Positions 12,684 through 21,612 of a stretch of DNA of 64,000 bases are shown here, piece by piece (position 1 is the first letter of the stretch; every line of letters starts with the position of its first letter). This DNA comes from Gemmataceae bacterium (GTDB taxonomy: Bacteria; Planctomycetota; Planctomycetia; Gemmatales; HRBIN36), in NCBI GenBank assembly GCA_040289265.1, contig PSKW01000012.1:11900-75899 (forward strand), written 5' to 3'. The notes under the pieces are model-generated. The model did not search any database, was not told where the DNA came from, and saw only the letters and a list, made by a program, of their open reading frames with translations. The translations under genes and the position numbers were made by a program.

Positions 12684-13305
12684 TCCCCAGAGACAGACTT
12701 CCACTACGGACATTCCGGGCGTCGGACGCGCGGGAAGGTCTGGAAGAAGAATTGTCAAAGGAACACGCAACTAACCCGGAGCCCTACGGGAGAGGACGGC
12801 ACATGGTCAAGCGCCGGCCCGACCCGGGAGGCTCCCACGGAAGGACGCCTTGGGAGGCGAAGGTTAGCCTCGAGGATCAGCCACGGCAAAGACGCCGATG
12901 GGCGCTGCGGCACAGATCGAGCCGGTATGTGCCGCTCCCGCGCTGCGGGAGCGAACCGGTCAGCGGCAGCGCACGGCAGGCTCGCCTGGCCCCTTCTTTT
13001 CTGTTCCGTGTTATCAAAGAGGACGAAGCCTTCCTTTGCTCCGGCTCTCTTTCGACCCCTACGGCAGGCGTCCCGACGTCACTTCCCGCCTCCCTGCGGA
13101 CCGACGCCTCGACGCCCTTATTCAAGCATACGCACAACCTAGGGGGATTTGTCAATACCGGTTTGCCAATTTTTCCTCCGGTGTTTTACCGGCGGTGCTC
13201 GATCTTGCCAAAAATATCCCTCCTGCGGTAGGCTGTGCGCCGGGCAGCAGGGTGCCGAGCTTGCCTATTCGAAGTGCCCGGCTCGAAGTACGAGGAGTTT
13301 TCCAG

Positions 13306-14061
13306 ATGAGAGCGATTATTGTCATTCCCGCGCGCTATGGGTCTACCCGTCTACCGGCCAAGCCGTTGCTGGCGCAGACCGGCAAATACCTGGTCCAGCA
13401 CGTTTACGAGCGTGCGTGCAGGGCGCGACGGGCCAGCGACGTATTGGTGGCTACCGATGACGAACGCATCGTTCAGGCAGTGCAGAGCTTCGGGGGCCGT
13501 GTGGTCCTCACTGCATCCGACCATGCGACGGGCACCGATCGCGTAGCCGAGGTAGCCCGTCGCTATCCAGCGGACATCGTCGTCAACTTGCAGGGCGACG
13601 AGCCCCAGACCGACCCGGAAGCGCTCGACTATGTGATCGAACTCCTGGAAGAGCATCCGGCGGCGGACATGGCCACTTTGGCCGCTCCGTTGCGCAGTCG
13701 GGAAAAATACCTCGACCGCCATACGGTCAAAGTGGTGCTAGCAGACGACGGACGAGCATTGTATTTCAGTCGCGCTCCTATTCCATGTGTGCGCGACGGC
13801 GAGCCCGAGTGGGAGTCGGAGTCGCTGCACTTTTTGCAGCACTTGGGGCTGTATGCCTACCGACGACCAGCACTGCTACGACTCGCAGCCAGTCCGCCGA
13901 GCTATCTGGAAGCGCTAGAAAAGCTGGAACAACTGCGTGCCTTGAGTCTGGGCATGCGCATCCAGGTGGGGATTGTAGCCCAAGCCGGCATGGCGATAGA
14001 TACCTGGGAGGATTACCATGCGTTTGTGGCCTGGTGGAACCAGCAGCGCCAGGCGGCGTGA
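13306..14061 (+). CDS. kdsB: 3-deoxy-manno-octulosonate cytidylyltransferase (CMP-KDO synthetase)
   Basis: This is ORF 12898..14061 trimmed to the ATG at 13306. Supporting motifs are MRAIIVIPARYGSTRLPAKPL, TDHATGTDRVAEV, NLQGDEP and the LEQLRAL tail. Confidence 0.9.
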   Translation: MRAIIVIPARYGSTRLPAKPLLAQTGKYLVQHVYERACRARRASDVLVATDDERIVQAVQSFGGRVVLTASDHATGTDRVAEVARRYPADIVVNLQGDEPQTDPEALDYVIELLEEHPAADMATLAAPLRSREKYLDRHTVKVVLADDGRALYFSRAPIPCVRDGEPEWESESLHFLQHLGLYAYRRPALLRLAASPPSYLEALEKLEQLRALSLGMRIQVGIVAQAGMAIDTWEDYHAFVAWWNQQRQAA

Positions 14062-14167
14062 GGCATGTGCCATCTGGCCCGAGACGGCCTCGCACAGGTC
14101 GAGCGCTCATGTCCGCGACTTTTTGCGCTCGTAGGCAGCGATTGGAAACCGGCAGAACGTTCACGCG

Positions 14168-15196
14168 TCAACGGCGCACCAGCACGGTGACCGGTATCAA
14201 GACGCCCTGTGGATCGTCGTCGAGGTAAACGGTCACGTGCGTATCGAGCCGGTCCCCGTCCACGAACTGCGGCCGAACCGACACCTTGAGTACGGTCAAG
14301 GTACTCGGCGTGGAATCGAACTGGCACGCTATAGCTGGGTGGTGCGCTTCAGCTCGGCGGATTTGCACGGTACCCCCATGGCGATCGCGGATGGTTACCA
14401 GACGCGCCGGCGCTATTCCTCCCGCCGTGACGACCAATTCGACCTGTCGCGGCAGAATGCTCCAGCGCGTCAGGGCACGCTTATGGATGGTCACGGGCAC
14501 ACGCAGCTGGGAATAGTCGCGATCGTCGGTGTAGAGGAGCAGCCCTTCCTCGTAATCGCCAGGCGCAATGTCCGGCACAGTTATTCGAATCAGCCACGAG
14601 CCAGGCTGCTCCAGTGGCCTGGTCCCAGCGACACGCAGCCGCGACGAAGTAGTGTCGGCAGCACACAGATGCAAAGGCGTTCCTGGGGCCGTGCGCCTGT
14701 CGCGCACGACCACTGCGCCAGTCCATGGTCCATCGAGGTACAGGGTAAGCTCGGGAGGTTGGACCAGGATGTCCTGCACCACGTGCGCACGCAGAAGCGC
14801 GGAGATCACGAACTGCTGGACACCCTGCCGGCAGGTCACATGGATGCGCCAGAAGTTCATCCCCGGCGCAGCGCCCAACGTATGGATATCGAAAGGTATT
14901 TCCAGTCGGGCACCTGGAGCGAGTACAGCCGGCTGTAAGCGGGGGCGCACGCAACCGCATCCCCCGCGCGCCTCGAGTACCTGGACCGGTTCGCAACTGG
15001 TGTTGTGGACCTGAATGCGACGCGTAAGTACGCCCCCGGTGCGCAACGTTCCCAAGTCCATCTCGGCTGGTTCGAAGACAACCTGAGGGTCGGGAGTAGC
15101 GGCGGCTCCTAGAGGCAGCGCCAGTCCCATAAGTACTAGCCCCAAACATGCCTGGCAGCAATAGTCGGGTCGCTTTCCATCGAGTATCGTCAGCAT
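14168..15196 (-). CDS. DUF1573-domain exported protein
   Basis: This is ORF 14168..15214; the ATG at 15196 has GGGAGG upstream. It has a signal-like CLGLVLMGLALPLGAAA. The segment FEPAEMDLGTLRTGGVLTRRIQVHNTSCEPVQVLEARGGCGCV matches the DUF1573 pattern, including the CGC motif. Confidence 0.75.
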   Translation of the reverse strand: MLTILDGKRPDYCCQACLGLVLMGLALPLGAAATPDPQVVFEPAEMDLGTLRTGGVLTRRIQVHNTSCEPVQVLEARGGCGCVRPRLQPAVLAPGARLEIPFDIHTLGAAPGMNFWRIHVTCRQGVQQFVISALLRAHVVQDILVQPPELTLYLDGPWTGAVVVRDRRTAPGTPLHLCAADTTSSRLRVAGTRPLEQPGSWLIRITVPDIAPGDYEEGLLLYTDDRDYSQLRVPVTIHKRALTRWSILPRQVELVVTAGGIAPARLVTIRDRHGGTVQIRRAEAHHPAIACQFDSTPSTLTVLKVSVRPQFVDGDRLDTHVTVYLDDDPQGVLIPVTVLVRR

Positions 15197-15734
15197 AGGT
15201 ACCTCCCATGCCATTTATGCGAAAAGAAATACCAGCGCCGAAAGCCAGTGCCGAACCATGAAGAGGCGCAGAACGGAGAAGTCCCACGCCGAAAGCACAG
15301 GTACGACTGCGGATAGCGGCTCACACCTGTGCAGCGTAGGCCCTATCATCTTTTTTCAGGTGTGGGCATCCCTCCTCGAAAACTCGTTGGCACAGACCCA
15401 CAAAAATACCCCGGGGACGCTCATTGCTTTGCCGTGCCGGGTCCATTTCATCGCTCCGTAGCATTTTGCTGGCACACCGATACGGTTCGGGCACACCGAA
15501 GACCGCTCTATAGTGCTACCTGGCCGCTTGGGCAAGCTTAAATTTCTTCACTCGGCATCAGGGGGCGGGGAGACCAGGCGCGGTATCCTGTTTCAGTCCG
15601 GCTGTAAGAGCGCGCCGCCAAATGTAAGACATCGGTTCCCTGGGACTTAGCCGACGAAAGCGCGGCATAAGTGGCTGGCAACTCGAGCTGCGAGAAAGTA
15701 TGATTTGCGAGAGACGGGCGCAAAGCCGTGACCT

Positions 15735-16430
15735 GTGGCAGGGATCGGCTGGAATAGTGTCTTGGTTATGGGGAGCAAGTTTTTGCTTATCGGCAGGTTG
15801 TACGACATTCTGGAAGGGCTGACGGCCTGGTCCGGGATGCTTTTACCCCTGGGGCTGTACTTGCTATGGCTGGGGCTATACGTCCACGGGCGTAGCCGGC
15901 CTATGCTTTTGCCTGGGCACACGGACCGCTGGGTCCTATTCTTGGGTCTCTCGGGGTTCTTTCTAGCGGGGCCGCCTACGTGGATCCTCTATGGTTTTTT
16001 ACCCGGCGGTATGCATGTCTACTGGGTAGCCTACGGGTTGTACTGTCTGCTCCTGCTTTTGTACGCCGCACTCTTAGCTGCACGCGAGGCCCGATCGCTG
16101 GTGATTTATAACGTGGACCCGGCGGCTTTTCTTGGGGTACTGCAACAGGTTCTGCACACATCGGACGTGGCGTATTACACAGTTCCGGGAAGGATCATTT
16201 TTGACGATGGCATAACACAACTGGAGATCGAAGGAAGCCAGCGGATGCAGACGGTCAAATTGACATGGACTGGGCAAGATAGCCCCCATCGGACAGAAAT
16301 CGAAGAATACCTGAAAGCACGTCTCAACGAATGCAAGGGCCGAAGGCCAGAGGTGGGCCTGCTCCTCAGCTTGGCGGGCATGGCCTTGTTGGCTCTGGCT
16401 ATACTCGGCTTGGTATGGGCATACACATAG
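15735..16430 (+). CDS. hypothetical membrane protein
   Basis: The 231-aa ORF has several hydrophobic helices, a soluble middle segment and a C-terminal TM. I recognised no family, and the start is uncertain (alternative MGSKFLL). Confidence 0.55.
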   Translation: MAGIGWNSVLVMGSKFLLIGRLYDILEGLTAWSGMLLPLGLYLLWLGLYVHGRSRPMLLPGHTDRWVLFLGLSGFFLAGPPTWILYGFLPGGMHVYWVAYGLYCLLLLLYAALLAAREARSLVIYNVDPAAFLGVLQQVLHTSDVAYYTVPGRIIFDDGITQLEIEGSQRMQTVKLTWTGQDSPHRTEIEEYLKARLNECKGRRPEVGLLLSLAGMALLALAILGLVWAYT

Positions 16431-16802
16431 AGTCAACGGCTACTTCCGCCGCAAGGTCTTCTGGTCGAAGTCATTACGCTGCGATTACTACCGACGAAAT
16501 TATTTTGCGGATGAAAGAACGCTCTTGGACGCACCGCATCGCTGCAGGGGCTGACCGTTTCGTGCAGCAAGTTTGTTTGCCGCCTGGAAACGCTCCGGTC
16601 GCCTGACAGCAGCCAGAAACATTCAAAATCAAAAGCAGATCGAACCTTAGGGCATCGGAGTAAGTCAAGGCGGGGCGGCTTCTCAGATGCGGCGAATGGG
16701 CGGCAAATCACGCCCCCTTGTCCATAGGTAGCGCAGGACATTTAATAGCAGGTCAGCTACCAAAAGTGACAGACCGAAGGACTGGACGCGTATAACCTTG
16801 TT

Positions 16803-18818
16803 ATGAGCTCCTCTGCTTCTACAACTGCCAGTGCCGAAGCTGCTAGTCCAAGCGGCGTATCGGCGCGTCCTGACCGGGCAGAAGCACGCCACCAGAGCTT
16901 CTGGCTATGGGTGATGTGCCTGACCGGTGTGGATTATTTCAGCACGCTTGCCTACCAACCCTCGATTGCCTTCGAAGCCATGGGCCAGCTGGCGCCTCTG
17001 GCGACTTTGGTACTGGTGGGTTTGACCTTAGCAGGCGCGCTACCAATCTATAAGCACGTCGCCAGTCGTTCGCCTAATGGCTTAGGCTCGCTGGGCATGC
17101 TCGAGCGATTGCTGCACGGCTGGACGGGCAAACTGGTAGTTTTGATCGTCCTGGGCTTCGCTGCCACGGATCTTGTCATTACTCAGACGCTGTCGGCGGC
17201 GGACGCCGCCAAGCACATCATCCAAAACCCGTACTGGCGTGACTGGTCCAGTCAGGTGGGAATAAGTCCAGATTGGGAAGTCAAAGAGCAGTGCTATCTA
17301 ACGATCTTTTTGTTGCTCCTCCTGGGCGCCATTTTTCTGCGCGGCTTCCGAGAAGTGATAGTGCTAGCAGTTATCCTGGTCAGCACGTACATGTTACTCA
17401 ACTTGACAATCATAGGCAGCGGATTGGTGTATCTGCTACGCGAGCCGCGAGTGTGGGATGACTGGTGGTCCGAAAAAGTGCTAACCGGCAAATGGGATTT
17501 TCAAGCTCCTGACTGGGCGCGGCCCAGCGCCTGGCACATTGCGGCACTGTGCTTTTTGTTTTTCCCCAAACTAGCCTTGGGACTGAGCGGTTTCGAGACG
17601 GGAGTAGCCGTCATGCCTCTTATCCGAGGGGAGGGAGAGAACGAACAGGAGCGCCTCACCCGACGCATAGCCAACACACGCAAGTTACTGATGACGGCGG
17701 CTTTGGTCATGTCCTTTTACTTGATCGGCTCATCTGTGGTGGTATCGCTGCTGATCGAGCCGCACGAGTTCGGGATAGAGGGCAGAGCCAGAGACCGGGC
17801 GTTGGCCTACTTGGCCCATGGTGAAGGAATCGGCCAGCGTTTGAACCCGCTATTTGGGCAGGTGTTCGGGACGATTTACGACATTTCTACCATTTCCATA
17901 CTATGGTTTGCCAGTGCCAGCGCTATGGCTGGGCTGCTCAATCTGGTACCCCAGTATCTGCCGCGGTACGGGATGGCGCCCCAGTGGGCACGGGCCATTC
18001 GTCCCTTGGTGATTCTCTTTACCGGCATCAACTTGCTGGTCACGTGGATCTTCGAGGCAGATGTCAGTGCCCAGGGAGGCGCCTATGCGACCGGCGTACT
18101 GGTGCTCATGACCAGCGCCTGTGTCGCCGGTGTCGTGGACCGCTGGCCACAAGCCACTTATGATTGGTCCCGTTGGCCCTGGACATTTCTGGTGATCACC
18201 GGCGTGTTCGTGTACACCACCATCGCAGTCGTCATCGAGAAACCGAGCGGCATGGTCATTGCCAGTTGCTTTATTGCGGGGATTCTCATCACGTCCTTCG
18301 CGTCGCGCGCACTGCGCAGCACCGAATTGCGGTTTATCGGCTTTCAGTTTTACGACGAGCAATCGCGATTTCTGTGGGACAGCATGAGGCACATCGAGTT
18401 CCCGGTACTGGTGCCGCACCGCCCGGGACGGAGGGATTTGGCCAGCAAAGAAGAGAGCATACGCAAAGACCATCATTTGGGTCCCGAGATACCGATCGTT
18501 TTCATCGAGGCAGAGATAGGTGATCCGAGCGAATTCGAGCAGGCGCCTGTCATGCAGGTGGTACAAGAACAGGGGCGCTTCGTCATCCGCGTGACCCGTT
18601 GCGCCTCGATTGCCCACGTCATAGCGGTCATCGGCCTGGAATTGTCGCGGGTGGGCCGACCTCCGGAGATCCATTTCGGCTGGTCCGACGAGAGTCCTTT
18701 CGCGGCCAATTTGAGCTTCCTCTTGTTCGGCGAAGGGAACATCCCATGGATGGTCCGGGAATTGATCCGCAAGGCAGAGCCCGATCCCGACAAACAGCCG
18801 CGGGTGGTGATCGGCTGA
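16803..18818 (+). CDS. APC-superfamily-like permease with a C-terminal soluble domain of about 200 aa
   Basis: The 671-aa protein has at least 10 predicted TM helices. Its N-terminal segment LTGVDYFSTLAYQPSIAFEA..LPIYKHVA resembles amino-acid/polyamine-type permeases. The substrate is unknown. Confidence 0.65.
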   Translation: MSSSASTTASAEAASPSGVSARPDRAEARHQSFWLWVMCLTGVDYFSTLAYQPSIAFEAMGQLAPLATLVLVGLTLAGALPIYKHVASRSPNGLGSLGMLERLLHGWTGKLVVLIVLGFAATDLVITQTLSAADAAKHIIQNPYWRDWSSQVGISPDWEVKEQCYLTIFLLLLLGAIFLRGFREVIVLAVILVSTYMLLNLTIIGSGLVYLLREPRVWDDWWSEKVLTGKWDFQAPDWARPSAWHIAALCFLFFPKLALGLSGFETGVAVMPLIRGEGENEQERLTRRIANTRKLLMTAALVMSFYLIGSSVVVSLLIEPHEFGIEGRARDRALAYLAHGEGIGQRLNPLFGQVFGTIYDISTISILWFASASAMAGLLNLVPQYLPRYGMAPQWARAIRPLVILFTGINLLVTWIFEADVSAQGGAYATGVLVLMTSACVAGVVDRWPQATYDWSRWPWTFLVITGVFVYTTIAVVIEKPSGMVIASCFIAGILITSFASRALRSTELRFIGFQFYDEQSRFLWDSMRHIEFPVLVPHRPGRRDLASKEESIRKDHHLGPEIPIVFIEAEIGDPSEFEQAPVMQVVQEQGRFVIRVTRCASIAHVIAVIGLELSRVGRPPEIHFGWSDESPFAANLSFLLFGEGNIPWMVRELIRKAEPDPDKQPRVVIG

Positions 18819-18890
18819 TCGGCGGAGACGGTCTGCACTTCGTATCAGTCAGTCCCCTTCGAAGTGGCGCGCCTGTGCGATGTGGGGCAC

Positions 18891-18928
18891 AAAAAAGAGG
18901 GGCTGCATCCTGTTCGGATGCAACCCCT
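18891..18928 (-). terminator. Rho-independent terminator of the YTV-repeat gene
   Basis: On the minus strand the 13-bp stem AGGGGTTGCATCC / GGATGCAGCCCCT has one mismatch and a 5-nt loop, followed by CTTTTTT. It lies about 60 nt downstream of the stop at 18991. Confidence 0.6.
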
Positions 18929-18990
18929 GGGAGGTACCAGCATGTGTCAGCCGCGATTCCAGCCGCACGAATGCGTTGGGTACCGGCGAG

Positions 18991-20163
18991 TCACGATGCT
19001 TGGCCGGGGCACGGATCGCAGCACGGCCGGTGGAACAGCCCACGCAGGCGTTCCAGCAAGCCAGGGCAGCAGGGTTCGCATACCGGCACACGCACCAGCT
19101 TGCGACGGCACACTTTTTCCGTGACGCACACCGGCTCACGTTCGCAGATGGTTACGGGCACCTGCTTGACCACTTCTTCGCGCACGATCTTGCAGGTGCG
19201 CACTTTGACGACCTCGGTTTTTTCCTCCGGCACCATCTTGCAGACCGTGTAGGGTACTTTCTTGACGACCTCTTCTTTTACGATCTTGCAGCGCCGGGAG
19301 GTGACCATCTTGGTGTGTTCCTCGCGTACCGTTTTGCAAATGGTCACTGGGACCTTTTTGACTTCCGTGTGCGGGACCATTTTGCAGACGGTGTAGGGAA
19401 CTTTCTCCACGACGCATTCTTCGACCCAGCGAGTGCACGGCACCTGCTCTTGCACCGTCTTGCAGACGCGCACCTTGCGGCAGCGGACCTCCGGCGGAGC
19501 CTGGCAGGTGACCAGTCGGAAGCTGGGCCACTTGAAGCAGGTCTGACCGGTGCACGGATCGGTATAGCAGCCGCCTTCTTCGCGAACCAACCGCAGATGC
19601 TTGCGGCCGGGCACGCAATATTGCTCGACATGCGTCTCGTAGACCTTCCGTGTCACGGTCTTCATTTCCGTAACCGGCTTACGAACCTTACGCACGCGCT
19701 CTTTGTAATGCGTTTCCACAACCGGTTTGCAAGTGGTCACACACACTTCCTTCTCGATCGTCTCGGTGACCGGCTTGCAGGTGTAGTATTTGACCGGCAC
19801 TTGATACTCTTCCCACACGGGCTTGCACACGATCTGCTTGCATTCTTTCCAGTGGGTTTCCGTGACCGGCTTGCAGACGGTATACTTGCGGACTTCTTCC
19901 TTTTCTTCCCAGACCGGCTTGCAGACCGTATAGCGGCATTCCTTCATGACGGTCTTGTAAACCGGGCGGTAGCAAATGCGTGTGCGCTCTTCGACGACAT
20001 TCTGGAAACACAGCTGGTAGCGAATCCTCGGGAAACAACACGGCTCCGGGCAAGCTGCGGCCGGGTGCCCTTCTGCACCAGCATGCGCCGCCCAAGCCGG
20101 TACTTCAGCGGCAAGCACAGCGGCCGCTGCAACGACCAGCGGGAACAGCCTCTTTACCTTCAT
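18991..20163 (-). CDS. secreted cysteine-rich YTV-repeat protein
   Basis: It has the RBS GGAGGAG and the signal peptide MKVKRLFPLVVAAAAVLAAEVPAWA. Roughly twenty short degenerate repeats follow, of the type (Y)TVCKPV.E / VPYTVCKMVP / CKIV(K/R)EEVVK. CC-containing termini (ACPEPCC, VCEPCC, RPCCDPC) flank them. This matches the YTV repeat family known from Rhodopirellula. Confidence 0.8.
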   Translation of the reverse strand: MKVKRLFPLVVAAAAVLAAEVPAWAAHAGAEGHPAAACPEPCCFPRIRYQLCFQNVVEERTRICYRPVYKTVMKECRYTVCKPVWEEKEEVRKYTVCKPVTETHWKECKQIVCKPVWEEYQVPVKYYTCKPVTETIEKEVCVTTCKPVVETHYKERVRKVRKPVTEMKTVTRKVYETHVEQYCVPGRKHLRLVREEGGCYTDPCTGQTCFKWPSFRLVTCQAPPEVRCRKVRVCKTVQEQVPCTRWVEECVVEKVPYTVCKMVPHTEVKKVPVTICKTVREEHTKMVTSRRCKIVKEEVVKKVPYTVCKMVPEEKTEVVKVRTCKIVREEVVKQVPVTICEREPVCVTEKVCRRKLVRVPVCEPCCPGLLERLRGLFHRPCCDPCPGQAS

Positions 20164-20506
20164 TGCAGGTCTCCTCCGATTAACCGGTTCCCAACGCTCC
20201 TCCTGTCGCCGGGGCTTAGTCCCAATTAACGCCCCATCCAGGCGTATTCAGGGGATCGCTGAAAACATAGCCGATGGCAAAGAGGGTGCAAACTGATTGG
20301 CCTAAGTGAAAGGCAAAAATTAACTGCGGGCAGATAGTCTAAGCGGAATTTTCGTTATTCGTGCAACTGAGGAAGAAGAAAAGTCAGTAGAAAATGCACA
20401 AAGTCTGACGAATGGGCAAACACTGCGGTCGGACCTATAAAACAGCACCAGCACAACAGAACTGTCCCAGATGACCTTGATAAGCCGCCGGTCTTTGCCC
20501 TTTTAA

Positions 20507-20616
20507 TCAGGGCAAATGAGGCATTTCACTGGCAGCGAGTACCCGTAGGGCCGAATGATTACTCGTCCGAACCAGGGGCGTCAGGGCAAGGGAGGCATTT
20601 CACTGGGAGCGAGTAC
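20507..20616. repeat. 36-bp imperfect direct repeat (33/36 identical) duplicating the 3' end of the anti-sigma gene
   Basis: Copy B (20581..20616) is the last 11 codons plus stop of ORF 20581..21609 (VLAPSEMPPLP*). Copy A (20507..20542) would read VLAASEMPHLP*. Copy A is part of an 8-bp hairpin, TTTGCCCT-N7-AGGGCAAA, at 20494..20516. Confidence 0.7.
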
Positions 20617-21609
20617 GGCGTCGTCTGGGCTCAAGCCGGCTGCGCAACGGCCATCGCGATTCAAGTAAATGTGATCCGTACCGATCCTACAAGAGGTGAC
20701 GAAACGCACGTGTCCGCCGTAGAAAAGCACGTTTTGTCCGCGTTGGTTATGATTGGGGCTATTACCGTTACCAAGAGGGAGTTCGCTCCGGCGAGGTGGG
20801 CGATCCGCCATCACGGGAATCTCGCCCAGGTTTACAGAGTCGCAGCATTTTTCTAACACCCTTCGAGACAATCGCCGGAGTTCGTTATTTTCCATATAGC
20901 CCAGGTAATACCCATAGCAACCGCCTGCTTCTCGACGCCACTTGGCTAGTTGGTCAGCTGAGGCAGTACCTAGCTGTTTGCACGAAGGAATGTCAGGGGC
21001 AGGCATCGGTCTGGCTGGACAAACTACGGTCACGTCGGCGCTCAGAAGCCCGGCCTCGCGTAACTGGCAGGCATACACGCCTGCCCAGGCCAAAGGACCT
21101 TCCCTCTCAGGACCGGGTCGCTCTTTGTACCGGCTCTCGTATTGCACTAAAGCGGAATGGAATTGTCGTAAGTTGTTCCGGCACAAAAGTTCATAATATT
21201 GTTGCCGTGCTTCCAAGACCAAAGGCGAAATCAACAAGGTCACCAATAGCACGATGGCCACAGCGATGACCAAATCAATGCGCCGGCGTAGTCCGGCCCG
21301 CAGAGAGAAAGTAGGCGCTGGGCCTCTGTCCGGCAAAGCCGCCGGTCCTTCGGTCCCAGCGGGGGAAGACGCTTGCTCTTGCTCCACCCGATAGCGGGCC
21401 ACGCGCAGCAGGGTCGCAATCAGCAAATCCTGGGGAGGCGATGGATGTTCTCGGTCCCAGCCCAAAGGCTGCACCACAGTCTGCCAGTGCTGCAGACGTG
21501 CTTGCAACTGTTCGGATTGGGCCAGTGAAGATGCCACGCGGTGCTTTTCTTCTTCGTCGAGGAGATTCAACAAATAACCGATCAAATCGGCTTCGTGCAT
21601 AGCGATCAA
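20581..21609 (-). CDS. anti-sigma factor fused to a pseudopilin-like DUF1559 (H-X9-DG-type) module
   Basis: It lies 3 nt downstream of the ECF sigma gene. The N-terminus is anti-sigma-like (LIGYLLNLLDEEEKHRVASSLAQSEQLQARL). The TM and following region, RRIDLVIAVAIVLLVTLLISPLVLEARQQYYELLCRNNLRQFHSALVQY, matches the DUF1559/pilin-like N-terminal pattern. The C-terminal NHNQRGQNVLFYGGHVRFV is a variant H-X9-DG motif. Confidence 0.7.
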   Translation of the reverse strand: MIAMHEADLIGYLLNLLDEEEKHRVASSLAQSEQLQARLQHWQTVVQPLGWDREHPSPPQDLLIATLLRVARYRVEQEQASSPAGTEGPAALPDRGPAPTFSLRAGLRRRIDLVIAVAIVLLVTLLISPLVLEARQQYYELLCRNNLRQFHSALVQYESRYKERPGPEREGPLAWAGVYACQLREAGLLSADVTVVCPARPMPAPDIPSCKQLGTASADQLAKWRREAGGCYGYYLGYMENNELRRLSRRVLEKCCDSVNLGEIPVMADRPPRRSELPLGNGNSPNHNQRGQNVLFYGGHVRFVTSCRIGTDHIYLNRDGRCAAGLSPDDAVLAPSEMPPLP

Positions 21610-21612
21610 CCC

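Noticed and set aside
15215-15734. RNase P-like fragments (GGAGAAGTCC; GCTGTAAGAGCGCGCC) seen in the gap.
   Set aside because: The universally conserved GAGGAAAGTCC and ACAGAA..GGCTTA elements are absent. The fragments are in the wrong order and spacing for either RNase P type.
18880-20229. A 449-aa plus-strand ORF opposite the YTV-repeat gene.
   Set aside because: It is repetitive (HFADGVGNF, LADRVGYF) only because it mirrors the YTV repeats. It has no RBS or signal. The minus-strand gene has an RBS, a signal peptide and a terminator.
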